A stretch of DNA of 64,000 bases. Origin: an uncultured Bacilli bacterium. GTDB lineage: Bacteria; Bacillota_I; Bacilli_A; RFN20; CAG-826. Shown in pieces: positions 26,571 to 36,527 of the stretch. The position numbers and the translations under genes were made by a program. The notes beneath the pieces are model-generated. The model had not been told where the DNA came from and made no database searches. It saw only the letters and a list, made by a program, of their open reading frames with translations. The stretch's first letter is position 1. Each line of letters opens with the position of its first letter. The stretch is taken from NCBI GenBank assembly GCA_905235705.1, contig CAJOML010000001.1:12118-76117 (forward strand). The letters run 5' to 3'.

Positions 26571-27125
26571 ATGAACACCGAAAAAGAAAAATTATTAAAA
26601 AAAGTGAAGTTGGTCTATAGCCTTGAACTGGCTATCTTTTTTGCCATCTTCGCTGTCCTTGGGACTCTCTTCCTCACCCAAGTCATCTCCGTCGCAGACT
26701 GGAAGCGAATCGCCTTCTCCTATGTCACATTGATCGGCGGGACGTGGTTGATCATCGATTTTATTTGGATGCTGGCTTCTAAAAAAAGAAGGGCCAAAAA
26801 TTCCTTCTTCGACAAAATCATCGTCTTACCAGCCGCTATCACCGTCATCTGTTTTGATATCTATGCGTTTGCCAATGGCTTAGTCCATATTCCTGAAGGC
26901 GTCGAGACCTCCCCCTTGTTCCGTTATTTCATCGGCATCGATATCCTCTATCTCGCCTTTTGCTATCTTGCCCAGATTATCTACCACTGGTTCCGTCCGC
27001 TCCCCTCTCTTATCATTGCCGTCGAAGACGCTTTAAAAGAAGAGGAAGAAGAAGCCAAGAAAGAGATGGCGTTAGAGCAGGAAAAGGTTGAAGAAAAGCC
27101 TGAAGAACCTAAAGAAAAAGAATAA
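26571..27125 (+). CDS. 4-TM membrane protein with acidic tail
   Basis: Hydrophobic segments; TTGGCA-N17-TATGAT ends 7 nt before the ATG. Confidence 0.75.
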   Translation: MNTEKEKLLKKVKLVYSLELAIFFAIFAVLGTLFLTQVISVADWKRIAFSYVTLIGGTWLIIDFIWMLASKKRRAKNSFFDKIIVLPAAITVICFDIYAFANGLVHIPEGVETSPLFRYFIGIDILYLAFCYLAQIIYHWFRPLPSLIIAVEDALKEEEEEAKKEMALEQEKVEEKPEEPKEKE

Positions 27126-27142
27126 TAAAGCGGGGATTTGCT

Positions 27143-27832
27143 ATGATTTGTTTTGTTTTTGCCATGGATAAAGAAGCCACTTTCTTGCTTGATTCCTACC
27201 CCCATAAACAGCAGCAGATTGGCTTCGCGAAATATTATGAATGCGAAGGTCCACACGGAAAATTTGCCGTCTTGGTTAGCGGCATTGGGAAGGTGTTTGC
27301 CGGAAGTGCTTTATCTGCTTTACTTGCCTTAAAAAAGGACGAAATCGATGGGGTTATCAATCTTGGCGTCGGAGGAAGCTTAAATGGTGAGAAGGCCGGT
27401 TTGTTCTCTTGCCTAATCGGTTCCGCTTATCTCCAACACGATTTGGACACTTCCCCGATTGGCGACCCAATCGGCATGGTTTCCGGAATCAATGTCATTC
27501 GTTTCCCCGGTCATGAGAAATTGATGGAAGCGGTGGCTAAGGCATGTACTGAAAATGGCATCGGCTGCGAAAACGGAACAATTTGCTCAGGTGATCAATT
27601 CATCGCTGCGGAAAAACAAAAAGAAGAGATCCTAGCTAAATTCGAAGATGCCGTTAGCATCGATATGGAAAGTGCCGCCTTTGCTCAGGTCGCCTATGTC
27701 TATGCAGTGCCTTATGTGGCAGCTAGATTTATCTCTGACGTTAACGCACCTGAGGAATATCACAAGAATCTTCCTGTGTGCGCTCAAAAATTGGCTATCG
27801 TTGCTAAGTGGTTAATTGACCATATCTGTTAA
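27143..27832 (+). CDS. mtnN: 5'-methylthioadenosine/S-adenosylhomocysteine nucleosidase
   Basis: AMDKE, SGIGKV, INLGVGG, SGDQF, DMESAA, RFISD. Confidence 0.92.
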   Translation: MICFVFAMDKEATFLLDSYPHKQQQIGFAKYYECEGPHGKFAVLVSGIGKVFAGSALSALLALKKDEIDGVINLGVGGSLNGEKAGLFSCLIGSAYLQHDLDTSPIGDPIGMVSGINVIRFPGHEKLMEAVAKACTENGIGCENGTICSGDQFIAAEKQKEEILAKFEDAVSIDMESAAFAQVAYVYAVPYVAARFISDVNAPEEYHKNLPVCAQKLAIVAKWLIDHIC

Positions 27833-27840
27833 TGCCAGTG

Positions 27841-27874
27841 AAGAAACGGCCCTTCTTTGAGGGGTCTTTTTCTT
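27841..27874 (+). terminator. Intrinsic terminator after mtnN
   Basis: GGCCCTTC-TTT-GAGGGGTC (two G-U pairs on +) followed by TTTTT. Confidence 0.75.
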
Positions 27875-27882
27875 AAGGCAAT

Positions 27883-27968
27883 CTCGTGCCACCGCCCCAA
27901 GGAGGGGGACGGTTATCATTCCAGTAATACGGACCTCCTTGGCGGCGATCGTCTACCCCGTTACGAGG
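27883..27968 (-). ncRNA. Candidate small structured RNA, family unassigned
   Basis: GC-rich intergenic hairpin CCAAGGAGG/CCTCCTTGG with flanking stems; G-U pairs favour the minus strand; TTGCGC-N16-GAAAAT on minus just upstream. Confidence 0.55.
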
Positions 27969-28032
27969 AAGAAGAATTTTCCCATCGTCATACTCTAGCG
28001 CAAAGGAAGATTGATTTTATAATAGTCGTATT

Positions 28033-29202
28033 ATGGAACTTCCTTTTCTTGAAGACTGTCTAGGCTGCCCGCTTCCCAGGTGCCAAAAAGGTTGCCCTCT
28101 AGGTAATGGCATTCGGGATATCATCTCTTTTGTTAAACAAGGAAAGGAAATAGAAGCGGCGACTTTGCTCCATCAAACTAACCCCTTTCCTGAGTTGACT
28201 TCCCTCCTTTGCGATCACCAGCGCCAATGCCGCGGGAATTGCATCCGTCATATCAAGGGGAGTGGGGTTGATTTCCCTTCCCTCGAATATGCGATTAGCC
28301 AATCTTACCCCTATCCTTTAGAGCAAAAGCCGCTTAACGGGAAAAAGATCGCTTGTATCGGGGCTGGCATTGCCAATTTAACGGTTGCTTTGATTTTGGC
28401 TAAGGAAGGATATGAAGTCGAAGTTTATGAAAAGGAAGGATTCATCGGCGGGGCCATCTTAACCGGCATCCCTTCTTTCCGATTTGATAAATCTGTCCTT
28501 GTCGAGATTAAGAAACGTCTGGATTCTTTGGGAGTTATCTTCCATCTTAATACCGATGTCGATGAAGCCTCTTTCGAAAAGATTAAGCGCACCCATGACC
28601 ATACTTTCCTTGGGGTTGGGGCGGAAAAAGAGAATACGGCCGGGATGACTCTATCAGGAGACATTATCGGCGGACTGAAATTCCTTTATTCCCTGAACGT
28701 GGAAAACAGGGAGCAAGACTATATCGGATATAAAAAAGCATGCGTGTGGGGTGGTGGTAATGTCGCTATCGACTGCGCGAGAAGTTTAAAACGAATCATT
28801 GATGACGTCAGCATTATTTATCGCCGCGGCGAAAAAGAAATGCCCGCGAGTATCGATGAGGTAGAAGAGGCGAAGAAAGAAGGGATCGGATTTAACCTTC
28901 TTTGCAACGCCAAGAATGCGAATATCCAAGACGGAAGACTAAAGAGCCTCACTTTGGTTAACATGGAACTTGGGGCTCCCGACGAATCCGGAAGGGCCTC
29001 CTTTAAAGAAATCGAAAACAGCGAATTCGAATCGCCCTGTGATTTACTTATCCTCGCGATCGGGGAAAAACCTGACCTATCGAAATTTGGTAATGTCGAC
29101 GGAGTCACTCTTGTCGGCGATTGCGCCTATGGGGCAGCCAATGTGGCTAGGGCCATTCGTAGCGGCTTAGACGAGGCAAAATCATTTATTGAAAAAAATT
29201 AG
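28033..29202 (+). CDS. FAD/NAD(P)-dependent Fe-S oxidoreductase (GltD/NfnB/PreT-like)
   Basis: CLGC....CQKGCP, GAGIAN, GIPSFR, GGGNVAIDCAR, YRR....MPA. Confidence 0.88.
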   Translation: MELPFLEDCLGCPLPRCQKGCPLGNGIRDIISFVKQGKEIEAATLLHQTNPFPELTSLLCDHQRQCRGNCIRHIKGSGVDFPSLEYAISQSYPYPLEQKPLNGKKIACIGAGIANLTVALILAKEGYEVEVYEKEGFIGGAILTGIPSFRFDKSVLVEIKKRLDSLGVIFHLNTDVDEASFEKIKRTHDHTFLGVGAEKENTAGMTLSGDIIGGLKFLYSLNVENREQDYIGYKKACVWGGGNVAIDCARSLKRIIDDVSIIYRRGEKEMPASIDEVEEAKKEGIGFNLLCNAKNANIQDGRLKSLTLVNMELGAPDESGRASFKEIENSEFESPCDLLILAIGEKPDLSKFGNVDGVTLVGDCAYGAANVARAIRSGLDEAKSFIEKN

Positions 29203-29225
29203 CACTCAACACTTGCGAGTGCTAA
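29199..29225. promoter_or_regulatory. CIRCE element (HrcA operator)
   Basis: Perfect TTAGCACTC-N9-GAGTGCTAA overlapping a TTGCGA-N16-TATGAT promoter upstream of clpB. Confidence 0.97.
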
Positions 29226-29273
29226 AAAATGGTATATGATTATGGTGTGACCTCTAGAAAGGAGGACTTTACC

Positions 29274-31403
29274 ATGAATGAACAAATGCCACCCAATTAT
29301 GAAAACGACCCCGAGATCTTAGAGAAATTCGGACGTAATATAAACGATGCCATCCGCGATGGGAAGATTGATCCTGTTATCGGCAGAGATGAAGAAATCC
29401 GCAAAGTTATCCAGGTTTTAGCAAGGAAAACGAAGAATAACGTCGTTCTTTTAGGCGAACCTGGCGTTGGCAAAACCGCGATTGTCGAAGGCCTTGCCGA
29501 ACGTATCGTAAAAAACGATGTCCCCCAATCCTTACAAGGGAAAACCATTTATGAACTCGATATGGGCGCCCTTTTAGCAGGCGCTAAGTTCAGAGGCGAA
29601 TTCGAGGAGAGGCTCAAAGCCGTTTTGAAGAAAATCCAAGAATCCAATGGGAAGATTATTCTCTTTATCGATGAAATCCATCTTATCGTTGGCGCAGGCA
29701 AAGCCGAGGGGGCGATGGATGCCTCCAACATGCTTAAGCCCCTTTTGGCCAGAGGAGAGATCGATTGCATTGGCGCGACGACTTTAAATGAGTATCGTCA
29801 ATATATCGAAAAAGATAGGGCTCTGGAACGTCGATTCCAACCGGTTATGGTTGGTGAGCCTAGTGTCGCCGATACGATTTCAATTCTCCGCGGCATCAAA
29901 GAACATTTCGAAGGCTACCACGGCGTCGCCATTACCGATGGCGCACTTGTTGCTGCCGCGACTTTATCGAACCGTTACATTACGAACCGTTTCTTGCCGG
30001 ATAAGGCAATCGATTTGCTAGATGAAGCCTGCGCGACCATCAAAGTCGAGATTGAATCGATGCCGACCGAATTAGATGAAAGCAACCGTAAAATCCGTCA
30101 GCTTGAAATTGAACGTGTCGCTTTGAAAAAGGAAAAAGACGAATCCTCGATGAAACGTCTATTCGACTTAGAAAAAGAACTCGATGCCGAAAAAGCCAAA
30201 TTCGGATCTTTGTCGGAAAGATGGGAAAAGGAAAAGAAGGATGTTGCCAGCGCCAAAGAAGCGAAGAAACAACTAGAGAAAGCCAAATTCGATTTATCGG
30301 TTGCCTTCTCTAATGCCGACTACCGCAAAGCCAGCGAACTCCAATATAAAGTCATCCCTGACCTTGAAGAAAAGATCCGTCTTGTCGCCATGCAAGGAAA
30401 AGAGGAAGAACGCCTCGTGAATGAAGTGGTGGATGAAGAAGAAATCGCTAAGGTCGTTGCCAGGATGACCGGTATCCCTGTTTCAAAGATTTCCAAAGGC
30501 GACAAAGAAAAGGTCCTTGAACTCGAATCGACTTTGTCCCATCGCGTCATCGGCCAAGATGAAGCCATCCATTTGGTTTCGAACGCCATCCTTAGGCAAA
30601 GAGCCGGGATCAAAAACCCCAATCGCCCGATTGGCAGCTTCCTCTTCCTTGGCCCGACTGGGGTTGGGAAAACGGAAGTTTCAAAAGCCTTGGCCGAGGC
30701 CCTCTTTGATAACGAAAACAACATCATCCGCATCGACATGTCCGAATACATGGAAAAATATAGCGTCTCGCGTTTACTTGGCGCGGCGCCAGGATATGTT
30801 GGCTATGAAGAAGGCGGGCAGCTAACCGAGAAGGTGCGCCGTAACCCCTATTCAATTGTCTTGTTTGATGAAATCGAGAAAGCCGACCCCGAAGTGTTCA
30901 ATCTCTTACTCCAAGTTTTGGATGAGGGTCGTCTAACCGATAGCCAAGGCCATGTCGTTGACTTTAAAAACACCGTCATCATTATGACGAGCAACCTTGG
31001 CTCGGAATTCCTTCTAAACAATGACAGAAAGTCAGTCGATGTCTTATTAAGGAAGACATTCAAACCCGAATTCCTTAACCGCATCGATGAAATCATCTAT
31101 TTCAACGCTTTAAACGAAACCGTCCAAAAACAGATTGTCCGCAAACTTCTCAATGAATTAAGCGACCGTCTCAAAGAACTTTATTACAGCATCGATTTCG
31201 ATGAATCGGTGGTCGATGAAGTCATCGCCAAAGCCTATTCCGAAATCTATGGGGCAAGGCCTCTCAAACATTTCATTCAAGATGAAATCGAGACCTTAAT
31301 CGCCGAAAAGACAATCCGCGGTGAAGTGGATACTTCAAGTAAATATAAAGTTGAATATACCCCTGAAAAAGGCTTCACCATCGATAAGGTCAAGATGGCC
31401 TAA
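29274..31403 (+). CDS. clpB: ClpB disaggregase, short form without N-terminal domain
   Basis: Two AAA+ modules ([16 protein letters not shown]), long coiled M-domain, GAAPGYVGY; AAGGAGG RBS. Confidence 0.93.
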   Translation: MNEQMPPNYENDPEILEKFGRNINDAIRDGKIDPVIGRDEEIRKVIQVLARKTKNNVVLLGEPGVGKTAIVEGLAERIVKNDVPQSLQGKTIYELDMGALLAGAKFRGEFEERLKAVLKKIQESNGKIILFIDEIHLIVGAGKAEGAMDASNMLKPLLARGEIDCIGATTLNEYRQYIEKDRALERRFQPVMVGEPSVADTISILRGIKEHFEGYHGVAITDGALVAAATLSNRYITNRFLPDKAIDLLDEACATIKVEIESMPTELDESNRKIRQLEIERVALKKEKDESSMKRLFDLEKELDAEKAKFGSLSERWEKEKKDVASAKEAKKQLEKAKFDLSVAFSNADYRKASELQYKVIPDLEEKIRLVAMQGKEEERLVNEVVDEEEIAKVVARMTGIPVSKISKGDKEKVLELESTLSHRVIGQDEAIHLVSNAILRQRAGIKNPNRPIGSFLFLGPTGVGKTEVSKALAEALFDNENNIIRIDMSEYMEKYSVSRLLGAAPGYVGYEEGGQLTEKVRRNPYSIVLFDEIEKADPEVFNLLLQVLDEGRLTDSQGHVVDFKNTVIIMTSNLGSEFLLNNDRKSVDVLLRKTFKPEFLNRIDEIIYFNALNETVQKQIVRKLLNELSDRLKELYYSIDFDESVVDEVIAKAYSEIYGARPLKHFIQDEIETLIAEKTIRGEVDTSSKYKVEYTPEKGFTIDKVKMA

Positions 31404-31465
31404 ATAACGAGGTTTTGCAAAGAAAAACGCTGGATTTCCCAGCGTTTTTTGTTGGGACGTTGGAG

Positions 31466-32014
31466 TTATTCGACAATCTCTTTGTTCTCGTTAAGCCATT
31501 CTTCGATGACATAAGGGGCGGCATTGATATAGGGGGCGGCAATGGCGAATCCCTTGGCAAAATTGGCACGCGGGGCTTCCTTTTGGATTGTCTCTAAAGA
31601 ATAGAGAAAGATTTGTCCGCCATGGGTGACGAATGGGACAATTGTTTTCCCTTCGAAATCATGATCGCGGAGGAAAGAAAGGATAGGTGCGGGAATCGTT
31701 CCCCACCAGTTAGGATAGCCAAGGAAAACGATGTCGTAGGCTTCAAATCCATTCGGACCATCGTTGATTAACGGGGCCGAACCGTTTTCATATTCTTCTT
31801 TGGAACGAGCTAAGGTTTCGCTATAACTTGTGGGATAAGGAATCAAAGGTTCAATCTCGAAAAGATTGGCTTTGATATTGCGTTTAGCAAGGGCTTCGGA
31901 TAAGGCGGTCGCGGCAATTTTGGTGTTGCCTTGCCCTTTTAAGTCGATGATTTGGTCATCGATGAGATTCTCACCTCCGTGAGAGAAATAAGCGATTAAG
32001 ATACGTTTTGCCAT
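31466..32014 (-). CDS. Flavodoxin (Flavodoxin_4 type)
   Basis: ILIAYFS, GNT, LGYPNWWGT.P, PFVTHGG. Confidence 0.9.
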   Translation of the reverse strand: MAKRILIAYFSHGGENLIDDQIIDLKGQGNTKIAATALSEALAKRNIKANLFEIEPLIPYPTSYSETLARSKEEYENGSAPLINDGPNGFEAYDIVFLGYPNWWGTIPAPILSFLRDHDFEGKTIVPFVTHGGQIFLYSLETIQKEAPRANFAKGFAIAAPYINAAPYVIEEWLNENKEIVE

Positions 32015-32056
32015 GGGTTATCCTTTCTGCTGCAACATTGTATCGCATTTAACGAT

Positions 32057-33559
32057 TTATTTGGAATGGTATAGACGTTTGGTTTCATAAACCGGATCAG
32101 AGGTATGCTCAATTCCAAGTTTACGGAGAATCCCTTCCTCGAATTGTGACAAGATATGGGTGGTGTGGAGTTGTGAGCCGCGTAATTTCGGTAATTGTTC
32201 CATTGCTAGTTCGGCCAGGGGATTGGTAACGGCGGAGATAGAAAGGGCGACGAGAACCTCGTCAAGATGAAGACGGGGGTTATGGCCACCGAAGTCACGT
32301 GTCTTTAATTGGCATACCGGTTCGATAATCGCCTTAGGAAGGAGCAAGACATTATCGGAGATTCCGGCAAGTTTCTTTAGGGTATTCAAAACCATCGCGG
32401 ACGTGCATTTAAGAAGTGGGGTGGCTTTGCCTGTGATAAGGGTTCCATCAGGAAGCTCGATAGCCGCTGCCGGGCCACCGGTTTTTAAGCCTTTTTCCCT
32501 GGCCGCTTCGACGCAGCGACGTTGTTTGACTTCGATGCCGTTATTTTTCATGATGGCGTCGATTTTGGCGACGACCGAATCGGCGGAAGGATCATCGCGC
32601 CTAGAAGTGAGGGCTTTTAGGTAACGGCGAATAATCTCTTGGTAGGAGGCTTCGCGGCAAACTTCATCATCGATAATGCAATTACCGGCCATATTGACGC
32701 CCATGTCTGTCGGGGATTTGTAAGGAGATTGGCCATAGATCCTTTCGAACATACGGTTGAGGACCGGGAAGATTTCGATGTCGCGGTTATAATTGACCGT
32801 TGTCACCCCATAAGCTTCTAAGTGGTAGGGGTCAATCATGTTGATATCATCCAAATCCGCGGTGGCCGCTTCATAGGCAAGGTTAACGGGATGCTTTAAC
32901 GGCAAATTCCAAATCGGGAAGGTCTCGAATTTGGCATAGCCGGACTTAAGTCCTTTTTTGTTGTCATGGTAAAGTTGCGAGATACATGTCGCCATTTTTC
33001 CTGATCCTGGTCCAGGGGCGGTGACAACGATTAATGAGCGGCTGGTTTCGATATAGTCATTCTTCCCTAATCCCTCATCGGATACGATGGTATCGATGTC
33101 ATAGGGATAATTGGGAATGACGTAATGATGGTAGGTTTTGATGCCTTGGCGGTTTAAGACGCGTTCAAATTGCTTCGCCGCTTTTTGATTATTGAAATGG
33201 GTGAGACAAACCGAGCCAACAAATAATTCGGCTTCACGGAAAGCGTCGATTAAGCGGAGAACGTCTTGGTCATAAGTGATACCGAGATCTTGTCTGACTT
33301 TGGCTTGTTCGATGGTTTCGGAATTAATGACGATGACGATTTCGGCCTGCTCTTTCATTTTAAAGAGCATCTGCAATTTGGAATCGGCCTTGAATCCAGG
33401 CAAGACGCGTGAAGCGTGGTAGTCATCGAATAGCTTGCCTCCGAACTCCAAATAAAGCTTGCCGCCAAATTGGGCGATGCGTTTTTGGATTTGCGTCGAT
33501 TGCATCAAAAGGTATTTTTCATTATCAAAGCCGATTTTGTTCATAAGTGGTTCCGCCAT
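32057..33559 (-). CDS. DUF1846 / UPF0371 family protein
   Basis: KLYLEFGGKLFDDYHASRVLPGF, TAPGPGSGKMATC, YAKFETFP, NYNRD. Confidence 0.93.
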   Translation of the reverse strand: MAEPLMNKIGFDNEKYLLMQSTQIQKRIAQFGGKLYLEFGGKLFDDYHASRVLPGFKADSKLQMLFKMKEQAEIVIVINSETIEQAKVRQDLGITYDQDVLRLIDAFREAELFVGSVCLTHFNNQKAAKQFERVLNRQGIKTYHHYVIPNYPYDIDTIVSDEGLGKNDYIETSRSLIVVTAPGPGSGKMATCISQLYHDNKKGLKSGYAKFETFPIWNLPLKHPVNLAYEAATADLDDINMIDPYHLEAYGVTTVNYNRDIEIFPVLNRMFERIYGQSPYKSPTDMGVNMAGNCIIDDEVCREASYQEIIRRYLKALTSRRDDPSADSVVAKIDAIMKNNGIEVKQRRCVEAAREKGLKTGGPAAAIELPDGTLITGKATPLLKCTSAMVLNTLKKLAGISDNVLLLPKAIIEPVCQLKTRDFGGHNPRLHLDEVLVALSISAVTNPLAELAMEQLPKLRGSQLHTTHILSQFEEGILRKLGIEHTSDPVYETKRLYHSK

Positions 33560-33657
33560 ACAGTTTGATATTTTGAACGAGGATAGAAAAATGGGAAGAA
33601 AAAATGAAATTATTTTTCTTTGTTCCAGTTATATTTTCCTCCTCTTATAATAAGAGA

Positions 33658-34668
33658 GTGGTAACCCTTGAGATCTTAGAACGTTCACAAAGAACCAGGC
33701 CTCGGAAATGGATCCGTAACATGGGCTGGATTTTCATTTTCCCGCTTCTTTTGATTTCGCTGTTGCTATTGAATCAGTTTTGGACCGATTCGCCGATCAC
33801 ATCTTGGCTAAACGAAACAATCCTCTCTCTTGGTACTTCCTCGTATCCTCTTTATACCTTGATGACTTTCCTCTTTTTGCCAGTCGCAACTTGGGTATTG
33901 GCAATCCCCATCATTATCATGTCGCAATGCATGGGGTCTTACCGCCACCCTTATTTGTTCCTTTCTATCCCTGGCGTTATCGTGGTCTTCGTTTGGCCTT
34001 TATTGATGGCCTTCGTCTATGTGGTTACCTATGTCCCTGCTGTCGCCAGTGCGGTCGGACGTTTCCTCCCCGCCGATATCCTTGCCTTGCTCAAGGACAT
34101 CAACGGTTATGTTGCAATCGGATATTCGATTTTCCTTGTTTTGATGTGCTTCTTGGCCATCATCTATAACGTCAATTACCCGGCTAAATACGAAGAGATT
34201 TATGCTAAGCGGAAAAAACGTCTCCTCGCGTATGATGATTTGGACAAACGAGCCGAATATAAACAACGTTTCTACGATGACTATAAACACGGGAATTTCA
34301 TTTCCATGATGTATGATCTCCATTTCGACGTCCTCGAAGGCGAAAGTAATGAACCCATCCCTGAGGATGCCTATGGATTCATTCGTTTCGTCAATGGCAA
34401 AAATAGGACTCAAATCTCTTCCGCCATCTTAGACGAATATATGAAAGACAAGCGTTATTGGGAAATCCGCAAAGTCTTCCATGATAACGAAACGCTTCGT
34501 CAATCCCTTGAAGGCGGGGCATCCATCAATTTGCCACCGCGAGTGAAATCTCGTAAGAAAAAACCTGCCCCTGCCGAAAAGCCGCCCTTTATTCCGCCTT
34601 TATCAAGTGACTTACGGAAGCCCCTTGATGAGAAGTCAAAATCCTGGTCGCCTGAAGATATTCGATAA
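33658..34668 (+). CDS. Membrane protein (4 TMs plus cytosolic domain)
   Basis: Long ORF; GTG 33658 lies 6 nt after TATAAT; start uncertain. Confidence 0.75.
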   Translation: MVTLEILERSQRTRPRKWIRNMGWIFIFPLLLISLLLLNQFWTDSPITSWLNETILSLGTSSYPLYTLMTFLFLPVATWVLAIPIIIMSQCMGSYRHPYLFLSIPGVIVVFVWPLLMAFVYVVTYVPAVASAVGRFLPADILALLKDINGYVAIGYSIFLVLMCFLAIIYNVNYPAKYEEIYAKRKKRLLAYDDLDKRAEYKQRFYDDYKHGNFISMMYDLHFDVLEGESNEPIPEDAYGFIRFVNGKNRTQISSAILDEYMKDKRYWEIRKVFHDNETLRQSLEGGASINLPPRVKSRKKKPAPAEKPPFIPPLSSDLRKPLDEKSKSWSPEDIR

Positions 34669-34697
34669 AAAATAGCATGCACGTGGCATGCTATTTT
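34669..34697. terminator. Bidirectional intrinsic terminator
   Basis: AAAATAGCATGC-acgtg-GCATGCTATTTT between convergent genes. Confidence 0.85.
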
Positions 34698-34708
34698 CTT
34701 TGGTAAGT

Positions 34709-36487
34709 CTATTCTTTGAGTAGTTTTTCTAACTCATCAACGAGGTAGGTCATACGCCTAACGACGGCTTCGAATGGGGTTTTTGTCGTTAGGTCAACGC
34801 CGGCTTCTTTAACCTGATCGACAGGATAATCCGAACCGCCGGAACGAAGTAAGCCAAGATATTGTTCAAAGGCTCCTTCTTCGTCGTTATTGACGCGTTC
34901 ATAAATTAACATCGAAGAGGTAAACGATGTGGCGTATTGATAGACATAGAAAGGCGTGTAGAAAAGATGGGGGATATAAGCCCAAACAAGGGGTTTTAGT
35001 TTTTCTTCGGCGATTTCAATGCCATAGTAATCACGATAAAGGTCTTCCATGACTTTCGAGGCGACTTGATAGTTAATGGGTTCGCCGTTTTCGACTTTCT
35101 TGGCCATCTCATATTCATAATGGCCGAATAGGGTTTGGCGGTAGAAAGTGCCGACGATTTCATCGATGGCTTTTTGCAAAAGGAAGATGCGATCGTTTTT
35201 ATCAAGGTCGCCCTCTTTTAGAAGGTAGTCTAATAAGTTGTGTTCATTGAAAGTAGAGGCGATTTCGGCGACGAAGATGGTGTAATCTTGGGCTAAGGTG
35301 GGCTGGGATTCTTCGCTAAAGAGGGTGTGGATGGAATGGCCGGCTTCATGGGCAAGAGTGAAGACATCGTCTAATTTGCCAACGAAGTTGAGGAGAATGA
35401 AAGGGTGAAGGTCATAGCCGCCATTAGAATAAGCGCCAGTCCGTTTGCCTTCGCTAGGATAGACATCGACATAGCCATCGGCTAATACCTCGTGGGCTTT
35501 ATCTTGGAAGGTCTTGGGGAAGCGTTTGATGGAAGCGAAAAAGGTTTCTTTGGCTTGCTCATAAGTATATTCTTTGTCGCTTTGGGCAAGCTGGAGGAAA
35601 CGGTCATAGGAACGGTGCTTTTCTAAACCTAAGGCTTTCGCGCGTAAACGAATATATTTCTTTAAGGGCTCCGAGCCGTGGCTTGCCACATCGATTAGAT
35701 TCTCCAAGACGGAGACGGGGATGTTGTTATGCTTAAGATGAGTCTCGACGATAGATTTATAGCCGCGGCTTTTTTTCGTGGCTAGCTGGGCTTGCAAAAC
35801 AAGATTATAGATTTCCCCATAGGTGTTCTTGTGGAGGTCATAATGAGAATAAAGGGTCTCAAAGATCCTTTGCCTATCTTCGGCTGTCTTGGCTTTTTCG
35901 ATGAGCAACGTCCAATTTGCTTGGGAGACATTGACTTTGGATCCGTCGCTTAAGGTGCATTCTTTGCTCATCCCATCGGCAACGGAAAGTTGGGAATATA
36001 AAGTCCCGCCTTCACGAAGCAAAGGAGAATAGGCGGAAAGGAGGCTTTCCTTCTCGGCATCTAGAACGTGTTCTTGCTGGGCGAAGATTTTACGGAAGGT
36101 GAATGATAATTCCGCAAATTCTGGATATTTAGCCAAGAATTGCTTAATTTTTTCTTCGCCAATGGCGATGATTTCGGGCTGGAAGAAGGAATTCGCGGCG
36201 CTATATTCGTGATTGGCTAATTCAATTTTGGAAAGCAATGCGGCGTTTTCGACGTTCTTCTTGTTTAGGTCAGAAAGCATCTCCGCATAATAATAAAGAC
36301 GGACCAATTTCAAGGTCGCCTCTTTATCTAAACGGAGATAGGCGGCAAGACTACTTTCGCTAGAAAGTTTACCTTCATAGGCTTTAGAAAGAGGGATATA
36401 GGTCTTGAATTCGGCTAGGGCCTTTTCGGCAGCCTCATTGTTTTCAAATAGGACGCTTAAGTCCCAGGAAGTGTTATTTTTGGGCAT
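34709..36487 (-). CDS. pepF: Oligoendopeptidase F (M3B)
   Basis: WDLS, GKRTGAYS, TLAHEAGHSIH, AEIAST.NE, IPHLFY..FYVYQYA. Confidence 0.96.
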   Translation of the reverse strand: MPKNNTSWDLSVLFENNEAAEKALAEFKTYIPLSKAYEGKLSSESSLAAYLRLDKEATLKLVRLYYYAEMLSDLNKKNVENAALLSKIELANHEYSAANSFFQPEIIAIGEEKIKQFLAKYPEFAELSFTFRKIFAQQEHVLDAEKESLLSAYSPLLREGGTLYSQLSVADGMSKECTLSDGSKVNVSQANWTLLIEKAKTAEDRQRIFETLYSHYDLHKNTYGEIYNLVLQAQLATKKSRGYKSIVETHLKHNNIPVSVLENLIDVASHGSEPLKKYIRLRAKALGLEKHRSYDRFLQLAQSDKEYTYEQAKETFFASIKRFPKTFQDKAHEVLADGYVDVYPSEGKRTGAYSNGGYDLHPFILLNFVGKLDDVFTLAHEAGHSIHTLFSEESQPTLAQDYTIFVAEIASTFNEHNLLDYLLKEGDLDKNDRIFLLQKAIDEIVGTFYRQTLFGHYEYEMAKKVENGEPINYQVASKVMEDLYRDYYGIEIAEEKLKPLVWAYIPHLFYTPFYVYQYATSFTSSMLIYERVNNDEEGAFEQYLGLLRSGGSDYPVDQVKEAGVDLTTKTPFEAVVRRMTYLVDELEKLLKE

Positions 36488-36527
36488 AAAAAATTCCTTT
36501 CTGAGAAAGGATATACCCAAAACGGGT

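Noticed and set aside
27857-28063. 68-aa ORF in the mtnN-oxidoreductase gap
   Set aside because: TTG start inside a terminator hairpin, no RBS, overlaps the next gene; RNA structure explains the region better
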